Source of the DNA: Chrysemys picta bellii
Lineage: Eukaryota
Direction of reading: 5' to 3'
Assembly (NCBI RefSeq): GCF_011386835.1
Contig: NC_088793.1
Location: forward strand, 41,044,001-41,108,000
Length of the DNA stretch: 64,000 nucleotides
In this document: piece by piece, positions 46,405 to 59,539 of the stretch
Numbering within the stretch: the stretch's first letter is position 1
Layout: the number at the start of each line of letters is the position of its first letter
The notes under the pieces: generated by a model
Told to the model about the DNA's origin: nothing
The model's database searches: none
Seen by the model: the letters and a program-made list of their open reading frames with translations, nothing else
Translations under genes and position numbers: made by a program

Positions 46405-47706
46405 TGTCAAATTATCTGGAGTGGCTAATGAGAATGAGTGCCAACCTCAGGGCAGACTGTCAAAAAGCAGGGCAGAAACCGCAAACTGGTTGTATGTTCT
46501 ATAATTATGTTTCATCAACCCAGTAAAAAGTGTGAACTCCTAAAGCACTATAACAGTCTTACCACAGAGTTTCAGACAGTCCCCTTGGGCATTCCAATCT
46601 ATCTTGCCACCTTGGCAAGCTGAATTTATGTGATAGATGGTCACTTTACACAAAAATCTCATAAATATTCAGACCCAACGGACCAGTCATTTACCCCATG
46701 TCATTTGTACTTAGATCTCAATGCCATCCTGTAATAAACTTAGTAAGGATTTATTAACTAAGAAAAGAAATAAGAGAGTTATTTACAAGGTTAAAACAGG
46801 AAACACAAATGAATTAAAGTCTTAGATTTAGAAAGGTAATATCAGCTTTTATAATAAGTAGCTCTATGTGTCCTTTAGGGCTGACCCATGCCATGCAGCA
46901 TGGAGATCTCTTGCTTTATATTTAGGAATCTTTGCCCCTCAGAGTCCAGACAGCATAAAAGATCCAGTTTCTCCTTGTCAGGGATCTTTATACCTCATTA
47001 CGCCAGAATCCAAGATCCAAGCTGTCCGCACATAACCTCTTTGTGAGGGATGTGGGGAGTAATTGACAAAGTCTTTGTTTTACAGTGGCCCATTTGGATT
47101 TAGTAGCCTTTCCTGGTGGGCAGGAAATAACACCTCTTGAGGTAAACTTATATTTCACACTTAGTAATGCTTCTCCCCTGACTGTAGGGAATTTACAGTC
47201 TTAAACATTTTCATAGTTACATAGAATCATAGAAGATTAGGGTTGGAAGAGACCTCAGGAGGTCATCTAGTCCAACCCCCAGCAGATGTCAGGGTGATTG
47301 AAGTCCCCCATGAGAACCAGGGCCTGTGATCTGGAAACTTCTGTTAGTTTTCCGAAGAAAGCCTCGTCTACTTCATCGGCCTGGTCTGGTGGTCTACAGC
47401 AGACGCCCACCACGACATCACCCTTGTTGCTTCGCCTCTAAACTTAACCCAAAGACACTCAACAGGCTTTTCTACAGTTTCATACTGGAGCTCTGAGCAA
47501 TCATACTGCTCTCTTACATACAGAGCAAACGTTTAAACATTACTTTATAATATGGGATACAGATATTGTAAGTAGGATTAATACATGTAGCATCCTACAA
47601 GCATTCCATAAAGTCTAAACATTATTATAACTCTGATATTTATTTTGATAGTGCTAACAAACAGGTAAACACGACTCGTTTCCAGCTATGCATTTGTAAG
47701 TGTTCA
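46405..47706 (-). mobile_element. Solo LTR with nested CR1 derivative
   Basis: Same architecture as 3361-4707; starts TGTCAAA; right end approximate. Confidence 0.6.
47218..47508 (-). mobile_element. Internally deleted CR1 (endonuclease segment fused to 3' tail)
   Basis: The - strand reads ALYVREQYDCSEL..VECLWVKFRG..VGVCCRPPDQ..LVLMGDFNHPDIC and joins directly to GGGGGTTGGACTAGATGACC..CTATGATTCTATG. Confidence 0.88.
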
Positions 47707-47719
47707 ATAAGGGAGAATC

Positions 47720-48560
47720 CAGGTTTTCATGATAGTTTGTTCCAATGGTTACTAATCACTCTCACTATTCAAAATAAAGCACGCATTTTTAATTTGAATT
47801 TGTCTGGTTTCAGATTCCAGCCATTGGTTCTTTTTATGCCTTTCTCCTTTATATTTGAGATCCCTTTAGTTTCTGGTATTTTCTCCCTTTGAAGATGCTG
47901 GAATCAAGTCACTATTCAGTCTTTTTTTGATAAAATAAACAGACTGAGCTTTAAGTCTGTCAGTGTAAGACATATTCTTAGGCCCTCAAATACATTTTTG
48001 TGGATCTTTTCTGTCCCCTCTCCAATTTTTCAACATTATTTTTAAAATATGGGCACCAGAAATGGACACAATATTCCAGTATAGATTTCATCAATGCCAC
48101 ATATTGAAGTAAAGTCACTTTCATCCTCATTACTTCCTTGTTTATACATCCAAGGATTTAGCTCTTTTTGCTGTAACATCGCACTGGGAGATTACGCTCG
48201 GTTGTTTGTCCACTATGACCCCAAAATCCTTTTTAAAGTAATTGCTTTCCAGAATAGTGTCCCCCATTCTGTAAGCATAGCCTGAATTCTTTGTTCCTAG
48301 AGTATGAACTTGCATTTGGTTGTATTAAATCCAAATTGTTCTGTATGACTGCCCTGTCCTCATCATTATTTATCACTTCACCAATCTTTGTGTCATCCAC
48401 AAACTTTATCAGCAGTAATTTTTATTTACTTCCAGATCATTAATAAAATTACTGTATAGCATTGGGCCTTCAACCAATCCCTTCAGAAACCTCATTAGAA
48501 ATAAATACCCCAGTCAATGATGATTCCCCATTGACAACTATTTTTTGAGATTTTCTTTTT
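47720..48560 (-). mobile_element. Old CR1 ORF2 3' fragment
   Basis: Degenerate RT C-terminal motifs on the - strand (KFVDD, KCKFI, LEYCVHFWCP). Confidence 0.7.
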
Positions 48561-48654
48561 ATTAGTGTACTGCTTAGGAGCCCTAGTCATGATCTAGGCA
48601 CTGGACAAAAACAGAACAAAAAGACAGTCCCTGGCCCAAAGATCTTACAATGTA

Positions 48655-49705
48655 GGCCTGCAAGGGACCTCCTGTGTCACTAAGTCCAGTCCCTTGGTTT
48701 CTCAGGCAACCCCATCATATAATTCCATTCATAAATTTATCAAGCTCCATCTTAAAACTAATTAGGCCATTGGCCCCACTACTCATATTAGCAAGCCTTT
48801 CCATACCCTCACTCCTCTGATGATTAGAAACCCAATTTCCAGCCTAAATTTATTCATGGCCAGTTTGTACCCATTTGTTCTTGTGCCAACATTGTCCTTT
48901 ATTTTAAAAAGCTCTTCTCCCTCCCTGGTGTGTTCTCCCCTCCTCCCCCCTTCAATATATTTCTAGAGAGCAATCAGATTCCATCTTAGCCTTCATTTTT
49001 TTAGGCTAAACAAGCCACGCTCTTTTAGTCTCCTCTCAAAGGATAGGCTCTCCATTCCCCTGATCATTCTAATAGCCCTTCTCTGCATCTGTTCCAGTTT
49101 GAATTCATCTTTCTTAAACATGGATGACCAGAATTATACACCGTATTCCAAATGAGATCTCACAAGAGTCTTGCACAATGGCATTAATATACTTCCTGTC
49201 TCTATTGCAAATACCTCACCTGATACATCCAAGGATCACATTTGCTTTTATTTTTATGGCCACATTATATTGGTGGCTCATTGTCATCCTGTGATTGATT
49301 AATAACCCCAGGTCTTTCTCCTCCATTGTCATTTCCAGCTGATGAGCCACCAGTTTATAGCATATTTTTGTTAGCCCCTAAATGCATGAACTTGCACTTA
49401 ACACTATTCAATTTCATTCTGTTTCTGTTACTCAAGTCCTCTAGGTCATCCAAGTCTGTTTTTATAATATTCCAGTCCTCCTCTGTATTGATGATGCCTC
49501 CCAGCTTCGTGTCATCAGCAAATTTTATTAGCACTCTCCTACTTGGTGTCATCAGTGAAAAAAATAAGATCAACCCTAAGACTGATCCTTGAGAAACTCC
49601 ACCAGTAATCTTCCTCTAGCCCAATAGTTCCCCTTTCTGCACAACCTGTTTTCATCTCCCCTTTGGCCATTTCCTTAGTCACCTTACTAATCCTCATCTT
49701 CTTCA
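48655..49705 (-). mobile_element. CR1 3' fragment inserted in the L2 tail
   Basis: ORF 49355-49573: LIKFADDTKLGG..DLDDLED..KCKFMHLG. Confidence 0.88.
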
Positions 49706-50404
49706 GTTTAATTTACAAGCTTAGTGTAGGACAAGACAACAGATGGACTCAGACAGATTGGGAGTAAAAGGAAACAATGAGCTAATATTGGTTAACATGA
49801 TATGTAGTGCTTTCAGCACAGTAGCAGCCTAACCACTGTCAAGTTATGTATTTATTTATTTATTTATTTATTTTGTAGGCATCATGGGAAAGAGTTTTAA
49901 GGAGGGTTTTGAAGGAAGATGATGAGTTAATGTTGCAGATGTTTACCAGGAACTCCTCCCAAAGGTGAGGGGTAGTATGGGAGAAAGCATGAAGGTGCTT
50001 GTTTGAAAATTTAACAAGTAGGCTGACATCATGGGCCAAGTAGAGGCTGGAGTTGATGTTTCAGTAGTGAATGAGAGATGATAGGTAGGGTGGGGCTAAG
50101 TTGTGAAGGGCCTTGAAAGGGGAGACACGCAGCTTACGTTTGATGCAATAGAGAAAGGGGAGCCAATGGAGAGATAGAAAAAGAGGGGTGAGATGGTGAA
50201 AATGATGGGTTATGTAGAGCTTTAGCTGATTGCTAGATTTGAGTTTAGACAGAAGACGACAAGTCTGGAGTAGAGAGGTAGATCTGTGATTTGTCACCAT
50301 AGAGATGGTAGTTGAATTTGTGTTGGCAGATGAGATTACCCAAAGAGGAAGAAGAGAAGGGGACAAGGACTAAGATCTGTGGAACTCCTGTCCCCACAGA
50401 AAGT

Positions 50405-51403
50405 TGAAGTGGAAGGCTGTCTGCCTCCCAGGGATCCCCTGGTGGCCTTCAGTGGCTCTGTGGTGCCCTTCCTCAACTTTCCCTCCTAGTTCCTCAGTAA
50501 CTCACAAAAAGGCTTTCACGAGTCCAATAACAGCCCTTGCGTGGGGTCTAGTTTTATTAACAAAACTGTTCAAAATGATATTCAGAGTAAAATTCCAAAA
50601 TAAGCCCCTCCCAGCCCTTTCTGACTCGAGTCCTTCCACAGGCCTCTGCTAGCCTTGTCCAACTCTCTAATTACAAGAGGTCAGCAGGCGAACCCCTTCT
50701 CCTGGTCCTCCCTTAGGGCAGGTCTTCTCTACCCGCTGGATCGGCGGGTAGTGATCGATCTATTGGGGGGTCAATTTATCGTGTCTAGTGTAGACACGAT
50801 AAAATCGATCCCCAATCGCGCTCCCCGTTGACTCCAGAACTCCAGCTCGCGAGAGGCTGAAGCGGAGTCAACGGGGGAGCGGCAGCTGTTGACTCGCCAC
50901 CGTCCTCATGGCCAGGTAAGTCGACCTAAGATACGCCAACTTCAGCTACGCTATTTGCATATCTTAGGTTGACAGCCCCCTCCCTCGCTAGTGTAGACCT
51001 GGGCTTAGTTTCTCAGAGTCCCTGCAGGAGCCTTTCCACTCCCTGCAGCCTTCTGCAAGTTTCTCTTACTCATGAGTCAGCAGGCCAACCCCCTCTGCTG
51101 TTCTCCTGACCCTCCTCCTGTTACTCAGGTTTCTTGAAGGAGCCTTGCCCCTCCCTGCAGCCTTCTGTCTCAGACCAGCTGCAGTTTCCAGACTTCTGTT
51201 CTGCCTGGCACTCCCACTCGAGCTCCCTTCCCCAGGGACTACCCAGGAGTCTTTCCCTTCCTTCTTCTTCTCTTTTCACAGGTCTCTCTCTTATCAGAGA
51301 CCTGATTGAGTTACATGACCCAATTTCCACACCTGGGGAGGTGCATTGTTTGTCATAGCTGCACTGGGGCCCATCTACCTTTAGGAGGCCAGACACCCTG
51401 TGA
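50405..51403 (-). mobile_element. Probable solo LTR nested in L2
   Basis: About 1 kb of non-L2 sequence interrupting the L2 RT; ends ..CACCCTGTGAT; contains TTTATT (AATAAA on -) at ~50551. Confidence 0.5.
50716..51004. mobile_element. Harbinger MITE
   Basis: GGGCAGGTCT / GTGTAGACCTGGGC ends; TTA TSD on both sides. Confidence 0.85.
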
Positions 51404-52885
51404 TGGGGGATGAGGAGGATTCCCCAAAGAACATGCTGAAGAAGAAGTTAGGGAGAAGAGAACAAGAAGAGAGCAGCGTCACAGAAGACAAGGGAGGACA
51501 AGATTTTAAGAAGAGCATGGCTGAGTGTGTTGAAGGAGGTCTTGGAGTATGAGGATGGAGTACTGATTCTGCACTTTGGCTAGGAAGAAGTCATTAGAGA
51601 CTGTGGCAAGAGCAGTTTCAGTGCAATACAAGGGGAAGAAGCTGGATTGGAGATGGTCTAGGAGATGGTCTAGGATGGAATTGGAGGAGAGGAACTGCAG
51701 GAAGCAATGGTAGAAGATGCATCCAATGAGTTTACAGATTAATGGGAGAAGGGAAATATGGTTGTAATTGAAGAGACAAATAGGATCAATGGTGGGGTTT
51801 TTAAAATAGGAGAGATGTAAACATGTTTTTATTGTGAGCAGAAAGAGTCCGAAGACAGTGAGAGGCGAAGGAGAAGATTGGAAAGGAAGAAGAAAGCCCA
51901 GTCAAGCTGGGGGGAGGGAGAAAGTTATTTTGTGAATTTTCCCTTGCAATAAATCAGCCAGCTCCTGTGCAGAGAGAGAAGTGCAGGTAGGAGGAGAAAC
52001 GGTTTGAGGAGTGAGTAAAAGCTGGCAAAAAGGGGATTGGGATTGTGGCCATGGGATTCAATTAAGTTGGAGTAGTGGTGTTATTTAGCAAAGAAGATGG
52101 CAGAACTCAGGGAAGAGAAAGCAAATTTGTAATAGAGGAAGTCAGCCTGGCTACAGGACTTCTACCAAAGACTCTCCACAGTGAGAGAGCAGGAATGGAG
52201 GAAGGAGATATTGGGCGGGGGGGGGGAGGAATGAGCCAGGACTTGGGAGTAGGAGGGCAAGGATGCAGGAGAGTGAAGCAAGGAGACCAACAACCATATA
52301 AATGGAAGAAAGGGAAGAGAGGGCAGGGAAGATAAGGCTCAGAGCATATCGGAAGTCATCAGTATTGATGGACTGGAAGTCATGGAAAGACTGAGTGACG
52401 GGGTTTAAGGAAAGGGCTAATGAGCAATTTTGACAGAGACCAGGTTATGGTTAGAGAGGGGGAACTCAGCAACAAAGAAATCAGAGAGAGCTGATGAAGA
52501 TGAAGTCAAGTCAGTGGCCCTTTTGGTGTGTGGGCAAGTTGAACCAAGGCTGCAGGTTGAATTAAGAGGTGATGGCAAGGAAATCTAAGAGTTGGATGGG
52601 TTATCAACATGGAAGTTGATGTCACAGAGAGCGAGAGTGGAAGATTTTGAGGAGAAAAAGAGAGACCAGAAGTTGAAATCAGAGGAAGACTGATTGGGAG
52701 GAGTTGGGGGAATGCTAGATGACTGCAAGACCAGGTAATGCAACAAGAAGAGCAATGCATGCTGCAACAGGAGTATGTAGAGAAAAACAAAGAAATAAAG
52801 GAGTTATGTTGGAAAAGTAAGAAAGAGTGGCTTGACAAAAAAGCAAAAGAAACCAAAGAAGCATCAGTGAGAAGTGACTCTAAGG

Positions 52886-53209
52886 CAGGAGTTCCCAAAC
52901 TTGGTTAGCGGGTTGTTCAGAGTAAGCCCCTGGCAGGCTGTGAGACACTTTGTTTACATGAGCATCCGCAGGTTCGGCCGTTTGCAGCTCCCAGTGGCCA
53001 TGGTTCGCCATTCCTGGCCAATGGGAGCTGTGGGAAGTGGTGGTCCGGCCCGCGCTGCTTCTTGCAGCTCCCATTGGCCAGGAATGGCGAACCGCATCCA
53101 CTGGGAGCTGAGAGTGGCCATACCTGTGGACGCTCAGGTATACAAAGCGTCTCGTGGCCTGCCAGGGGCTTATCCTGAACAAGCCACGAACCAAGTTTGG
53201 GAACCCCTG
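52886..53209. mobile_element. hAT MITE nested in the RTE fragment
   Basis: TIR CAGGAGTTCCCAAACTTGGTT / AACCAAGTTTGGGAACCCCTG; 8-bp TSD CTCTAAGG. Confidence 0.92.
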
Positions 53210-53215
53210 CTCTAA

Positions 53216-53511
53216 GGGCATGTCTTCACTATGGAGTTATATTGGTGATTCTACAATCGATGCAGCAGCATCGATTTAGCAGGTCTTGATGAAGACATGA
53301 TAAATTGATGGGAGAGCGCTCTCCCATCAATTTCTGTACTCCACCTCTCGGAGAAGGCTAAGGTAAGTTGGTGAGAGAGTGTCTCCCGTCGACACAGTGT
53401 GTTATAGATACCGTGGTAAGTGGATCTAACTATGTTGACTTCAATTACGTTATTCACATAACTGAAGTAGCGTAGCTTAAATCAATTTTCCACGGTAGTG
53501 TAGAGAAGGCC
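53216..53511. mobile_element. Harbinger MITE
   Basis: GGGCATGTCTTCACTA / TAGTGTAGAGAAGGCC ends; same family as 50716-51004 and 54899-55141. Confidence 0.82.
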
Positions 53512-54898
53512 AAATAAACTCTTTAAGGTGTAAAAGCAATTGTCAGCATTGTCCCAGAGTTACAGTGATACTGGAAAAGAGAAAGATGGAAAATTGTTAA
53601 CAACGAAAGCAGAACAAAAGAAAGAAGGGTGAGGACATTTTAATGACGTACTCAACCAACTAGAGCCAACAATTCCAATTAATGGATGAAAAGTAGGTGA
53701 AGAATTGAACATTTCACTGTTAGAAATTTCAGAAACAGAAATAGGATTCTGTTTGATTCTTTTCAAGATCATTGCTGAAATGTATAAAGCTGGTGAGGAA
53801 ATGGTAGACCATGAAATACATAAACTGTAATATTGCTTGGGAGAAAGAACTCTTCCCAGAGGATTGGAAGAAAGGTATGATCTGTAAATTACCAAAGAAA
53901 GTCACCCAACTGGTGTGCGATAATTGGCAAAAAAAATAATATTACTTCCATGTCCCAGAAAGGTGTTCTACAGCATACTGTGGAACAGAATCAAACTGGT
54001 CATAGATGTAACGAGCAAGCAGGCTTTAGACCAAAAAGATCATGTGTAGATCACATCATTACCTGAGACAATTGATTGGGAAACGGCTCATATACCAGAG
54101 AAGGCCAGGGCTGGGACAAATGTCTCCAGAGGTGAGGAGGGTGTGGATGTGAGATCTGGATTTGTGCTGGTGGAAGGACTGGGGGAATTGGGTTGGAGAG
54201 GAAAGAGGAGAAGGTAAAGCTTGTGGGGGCTGTAGAGTGTTAATGGTAACAAGAATGAGGGAAGGAAGAGGATGACAAACCGTATAAGGCAGAAGAGGGG
54301 TATGGTGAGAGCCATGGGAGAGTGCCAGATAGACAAGTTTACTGTCAGCCAGTACTTAATCCATCTAATATGTGCTTTATTGATATTGTATAATGTTATA
54401 TTTTAATCAGAATGTTATGCAGTACTAAATCAAAGTTACTTACTATTTTAAAGGGATGTTTGTAAAGTTTAAATTAGTATTATAAAGTGCAGTCAGTGTA
54501 AAAAATTATTAGGTTCACAATATGATTCAGTGACAGAGGAGAGATTAGAATTCAAGAACCCCCATCCCTAAATTCTTTTCACTAGACCATCATGTTTGAA
54601 GACTTTTTTCTCTGTTTCTTTGCTTAGCAGCCTTTCACTAGTCTCTGAAATCCCAGATTTGATGCAGGCTCAATATGTGTTTTGAAGTCCATATGTTGTG
54701 AGTATGCAAAGACACATATGGCTTTAATGTCTCCTTAAACATTGTGTGTCTCAGGAAGTTCATTGGCAGCATACAAGGTTCCCAAACTGCAAGTTAGTTT
54801 TATTAATCTGCTGCCCCACACTGTCTGATACTAATCAATGCTCATTAAGGCCAACAGAAACCAACAAATTTGGAGTTTGTAGGCCTAGCTGTTTCTAA

Positions 54899-55141
54899 GG
54901 GCTTGTCTTCACTACCTGCTGCTGCAATCGATGCAGCGGGTGTCGATTTAGCAGGTCTGGTGAAGACCAGCTAAATCGAAGGCAGAGTAAGGTAAGTTGA
55001 CTAGAGAATGTCTCCTGTCAACACAGCCCAGTGAAGACAGCAGGGTAAGTCAACCTAAGCGACATTGACTCCAGCCATGTTATTCACATACCTGGAGTAA
55101 GGTAACTTAGGTCAACTTACCCCGGTAGTGAAGACAAGCCC
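54899..55141. mobile_element. Harbinger MITE
   Basis: Perfect TIR GGGCTTGTCTTCACTACC / GGTAGTGAAGACAAGCCC; flanks TAA / TGA. Confidence 0.9.
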
Positions 55142-56140
55142 TGAGACACAAAGTAAAAAAAAGGGGAGGGTGGTTCAGAAGTTTCCCCAAAAGCAAATTA
55201 CACCTCAGATTTTGAACTCTGGCATCTCACAAACGACTTGTCTGGTTATCCTTAAATCTTCCAGAAAAACCTCCATTGTCATAAGATCCTGATCATGACT
55301 TTACATGGATTGGAAAGTTCTGGTATTTAGTGTGCTTGGGGTTGTGAAAATCATAATTGTATTTATATTGGGAGAAATAGCTCCTAATCCCTGGCACTCT
55401 CTGTAACAAAGGAGACGGCATTTAAATTTTGAAAAGCCTGATGAAGAATTACAGTTAGTAACCACTTCTTCTTTAAATTTACTCTGAACCAATTTTATTT
55501 CAAAACCAGCAGCCTTTCTGCATTTTTTGTCAAGATCAAGTCTATTCACAGACATCACAGTGTCTGGGATAAAGCTAAAATGGTTCTCCTAGGTGATGCT
55601 ACTGGGCAAATTCAGAGGGAAGACCAAATGTGCTGTGGATCTTTGAGGGCACTGTATTTTTTCCATTTACAAATACCTCTAATTACATGTACTGGTGGTG
55701 TTGATGAAGTACATTGCAAGTTTGGTATAGGCAACATTTATATTTTGAACCTTAGAGACAGTAATACTCTTTTCCCAGAAGTTCCACATTCCTGAAATTT
55801 GAAAGTAGTCTTTCTCTACAGGGGGCTAGATGACATGCTTTTTATTTCACTTGCTCCAGCATTTATTTTCTGCTCACCTAATCTATGTATGACAACTCTG
55901 GCATTGTCTTGGCAAGTCTCAGAGCCAACTGGGAAGAGATTTAACTAGGGATCCAGCGTGCATCTATTTATTCTCATTCATCTGGTTACACACTGTAGAA
56001 ATACTTTCACTGTGACAAAGACCACTATGGGAGAGATGCAAGTGTCTCCAAATTCTGCGTCGCTGGTAGCCTCGTCACAGGACTTTAGAATTTTGATCAC
56101 GAACATGGCTAAGCTCCTCTGCCTGAGTCGGTGTATCAAC

Positions 56141-56404
56141 CAGGGATCGGCAACCTTTGGCACGTGGCCTGTCAGGGAAATCCACTGGCGGAACGGTTTG
56201 TTTACCTGCAGCATCCGGAGGTTCGGCCAATCGCAGCTCTCACTGGCCACGGTTCGCTGTTCCAGGCCAATGGAGGCTGTGGGAAGCAACAGCCAGCACA
56301 TCCCTTGGCCCGCAGCCCCCAGTGGCCTGGAACAGTGAACAAACTGTCCCGGCCCATCAGCGGATTTCCCTGACGGGCTGCGTGCCAAAGGTTGCTGATC
56401 CCTG
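56141..56404. mobile_element. hAT MITE
   Basis: TIR CAGGGATCGGCAACCTTTGGCACG / CGTGCCAAAGGTTGCTGATCCCTG. Confidence 0.9.
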
Positions 56405-59400
56405 GTATAGATTTTTGCCTCCTCAAAGCAAAAAATGCCCAGGGACTGCCTGTTTTGCACCAGATTTTGTAGCATGTGATATCTGGAGTTTCACCTTGTA
56501 TCCTGCGGGGGACATGCCCTTGAGAATTTTCATCTTTACAGAACATAGTCAATTTAGCAGTGTTACTCTGAGAGGAATGGCTTTTTCTCTCTCCATTCTG
56601 GCCCAAGAAATTTAAAATGGTGGCTTCAACTGTACTAGGTAAGATTGGTCAAAGTTGAAATGCAGATGCATTTGCATGGCAACAGGTGCAGCTTAGATGA
56701 CTATTTGAGATTTAAGCATTTTTATCTGGATCAGACATGTGGTAATCACAATGGTAGAAGACCGGTTTTCTAAAGATCTTAGGGAAAAGTCCAGAATGCT
56801 TGAAAAATCCAGCATATCTCTTTCTTAAGCTGGGGGAGACACAAGCATTTTCATTAAACAGAATTGTAAATGAGAATTCATAAGATTAGGTCTGTGCAGT
56901 ATTCAAAAAGAGGCTGTTAACATGATCAGGATGTACCTATGTATAGAATCAAGGATGGTAGGTATTTCAGAAATGATGGGTCTGAATTTTCTCTCATATA
57001 CAATAGAATTACAGTGGTTGTAAAAAAACTAGTGATCTCAGTGTATTTACTCCTGATTAACATAAGTATGAGAATAGATGTAGGCCTACAGGCACTATCT
57101 AAAAATTGAAACCATTCTGCCATGTACAGTAGGCATATGAACTTTATCATAGACCTTTTTCTGTCATTCCCCTCTGTTGTTGCTACTCACTGGCTACAGT
57201 TTACTGTGGAGTGGGAGATGTATTGGTTACATTTTATTTTGTAAATAAATTTGTTATCTCTGTTGTATAATTTCAAGATGCAGCAGAGCAGATGTTTTTG
57301 AAATGGATGATGGTTAGCAATAGCAATAATTCAGTGAAAGTTGAATCAAATATTTAGTATCACTACTTAATATTTTCATAAAATTATTGATATTCATAAC
57401 ATTAATTTGTACCTAAGTATATAGGCACTTAAATAGGACATATGCCTGTATTTGGGTAAACTGCTTATTAAATTTGGACTAAAAAGGAGAATTATGGAAA
57501 ATGTAATGTTTTTAGAATAATAAATCTACTCTCAAGGAAAGGACAAATATATGTCAGAATCAAACTGAAGCACTTCAGAATGGAAGCAAAAGTGTTCACA
57601 CACAAATCTATGCAGTAGTATCTTCTTCCTTTTTATAGTAATATGTGGGGCAATTTATAGTAGATTATAACCTGTAAAAGCAACAAGCCAGCTCAAAGTG
57701 ACTAATAGATATTTGTTTTGGAAGATCCTTTCACAGAGGGATAATGTGGCCTATCTATCATAAGCCTTAGTGACATATGTACAAATTTAGTAAACATTCA
57801 GGAGTAAACCCCCGGAAAGTACTTAGTTTTTAAAGGTTTTATCCAAGCCTGATCTATTTTTGTGGATTCCTGGCCAGGATTGTGACATGTTTATATTTAG
57901 TTACAGGAATAATAAACATCCATCTGGTGGTCCCTCCGTATTAATTTTGTTGCTGTTAAGAACTGTATCTTAATACTAATAGTAAAGTAGGAAATCCCAG
58001 GAAACTATTTCAGAGACTCTCTTAATTTGGGATTCACTTTTACTAGGATCACAGTACACTTAGATTGTATGCAGAAAGTCAAATCAAATAGTTTTTGGCT
58101 TATGTTGTGGTAAACTGAGCAAAAATATGTAACATGTGGGACTCGGTCGTATTGGAGCAAATATCTCATAAACCACATATAGTATTCTGAGCTAGCTGAT
58201 TATAAGGTCTAAAGAGATTGAGGTCAGGACATGCTAGAATTAGACAATTTGATTCATGAATGTAATGGAAAGCTTGTATTTTGTTAAATATCTGAAGTAA
58301 GGGCAGGAAGAAGGTAAAATTAAAACAGTCTTCTCTTCACCTAGGAAAGCAGTATTAAAGACTAGCTCGACTTCCCTCAATAATACAGCTGATAGAAATT
58401 TACCCTATTCCCAAAAGCATCTCTAATCCTTGGTCACTACCCCTTGTGTATATACCCAAATGGCATTTTTAAATCCATTAAATTGCCAACTACATCAAGA
58501 AAACAGTGTTAAAGGTTTTACGTAGGCTGAGATTTTTGACATTTTTTTCTGAAATCCTAAGGAGAACTGTGAATTGTTTCATTTATCTTTGCCACAGGTG
58601 TTATAATAATATCATCAACTTTTTCAATAAACTTTTGAGCTTTTAAAAGCTACTTTTGGTATATTTCTTCACTTTGCTTTCAACTAAATGAGACTACATT
58701 ATAAAACAAATCTTATTTGTAATACTTGAAATAATTGGATTCCTGGGATGCTGTCAATGAGATTGAATTACTCTCTATTACTATGATGAAAAGATCCACA
58801 ATATTTAGTAGTGATGTTACAGTAATGGAAAAAATAGATTTTAATGCTATTTTGGTGTCAGTATTGCTCTCTGAGTAATTGCTGAAGGTGACCTGAAATG
58901 CCATCTTAAAAAATACAACAAGTTGTTGAATATCCTGGCTAATTAACTGAATGCAAATGTAGACTTAAAACCTACTTATTTGTAATTTTTAAATGAAGAT
59001 TTGTATATTATAATTGAAAATTAGTACTTCACAGAGTTCTGAACTGTGACAGTGGGCGAAATAACTGATATAGATACTGTGGTGATGAGCACGGTATAAG
59101 AGCCTATATGGAATAGAAAAAGCAAGACAAGGAATACTCTGATTACTGTTTAAAAAAAAGTCATCAGCACTGGTAGGGGAAGGAGGTTTTTAACTCCTTG
59201 AACTTAGGTCTTAGTAAGTAAATGGCTTTATACTTAATCAATTTTATAGAATTCTATATTACAATAGAATTATTCAAACAGTTAAAGGCCAGAAGAGATC
59301 ACTATAATGATCTGGTCTGGCCTCCTGTATGTCACAGGCTATACATAAAAGATTATTTCAGGGGCAGTTGACCAGAATGATTGATACCTCTCTATACCAT

Positions 59401-59539
59401 GATTTGATGCTTTTACTTATTCAGCCCAAAGACGCAGCTATACGGCACTGTGAACTCACATAAAATTTGCTCTACATTGTAGCCCCTAGGTTTCTCAGTT
59501 ATTATGCTTTCCCAATTTCCGTCCCCCTACAGAATAACA

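Larger units (their letters stand above)
52765..54085 (+). mobile_element. RTE-clade LINE ORF2 fragment
   Basis: KEWLDKKAKETKEA..KDGKLLTTKAEQ..HFNDVLN..IAEMYKAG..EDWKKGMICKLPKK..DNW..EQAGFRPKRSCVDHII, RTE-type linker and RT N-terminal motifs. Confidence 0.85.
48560..54335 (-). mobile_element. Long L2 LINE (2A-like peptide, APE, RT, C-terminal region, 3' tail) broken by at least five nested insertions
   Basis: SDFNFW..LCDINFHVDNPSNS (APE, ORF 52585-52767); HKFNYHLYGDKSQIYLS (YADD-equivalent, ~50270-50345); HHLTPLFLSLHWLPF..FKALHNLAPPYLSSLI (ORF 50061-50366); tail at 48560-48655 and 49713 onward. Confidence 0.88.

Noticed and set aside
55593-55795. Acceptor-like site followed by GDATGQIQ...LRALYFF, superficially like the start of the SH3 exon
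   Set aside because: No GDL.F, WWEG or FPANYV motifs follow, so the resemblance is probably chance.
57000-59250. Long apparently unique AT-rich stretch as a hidden gene or conserved element
   Set aside because: There are no convincing ORFs, splice-consistent exons or structure, and conservation cannot be assessed without alignments.
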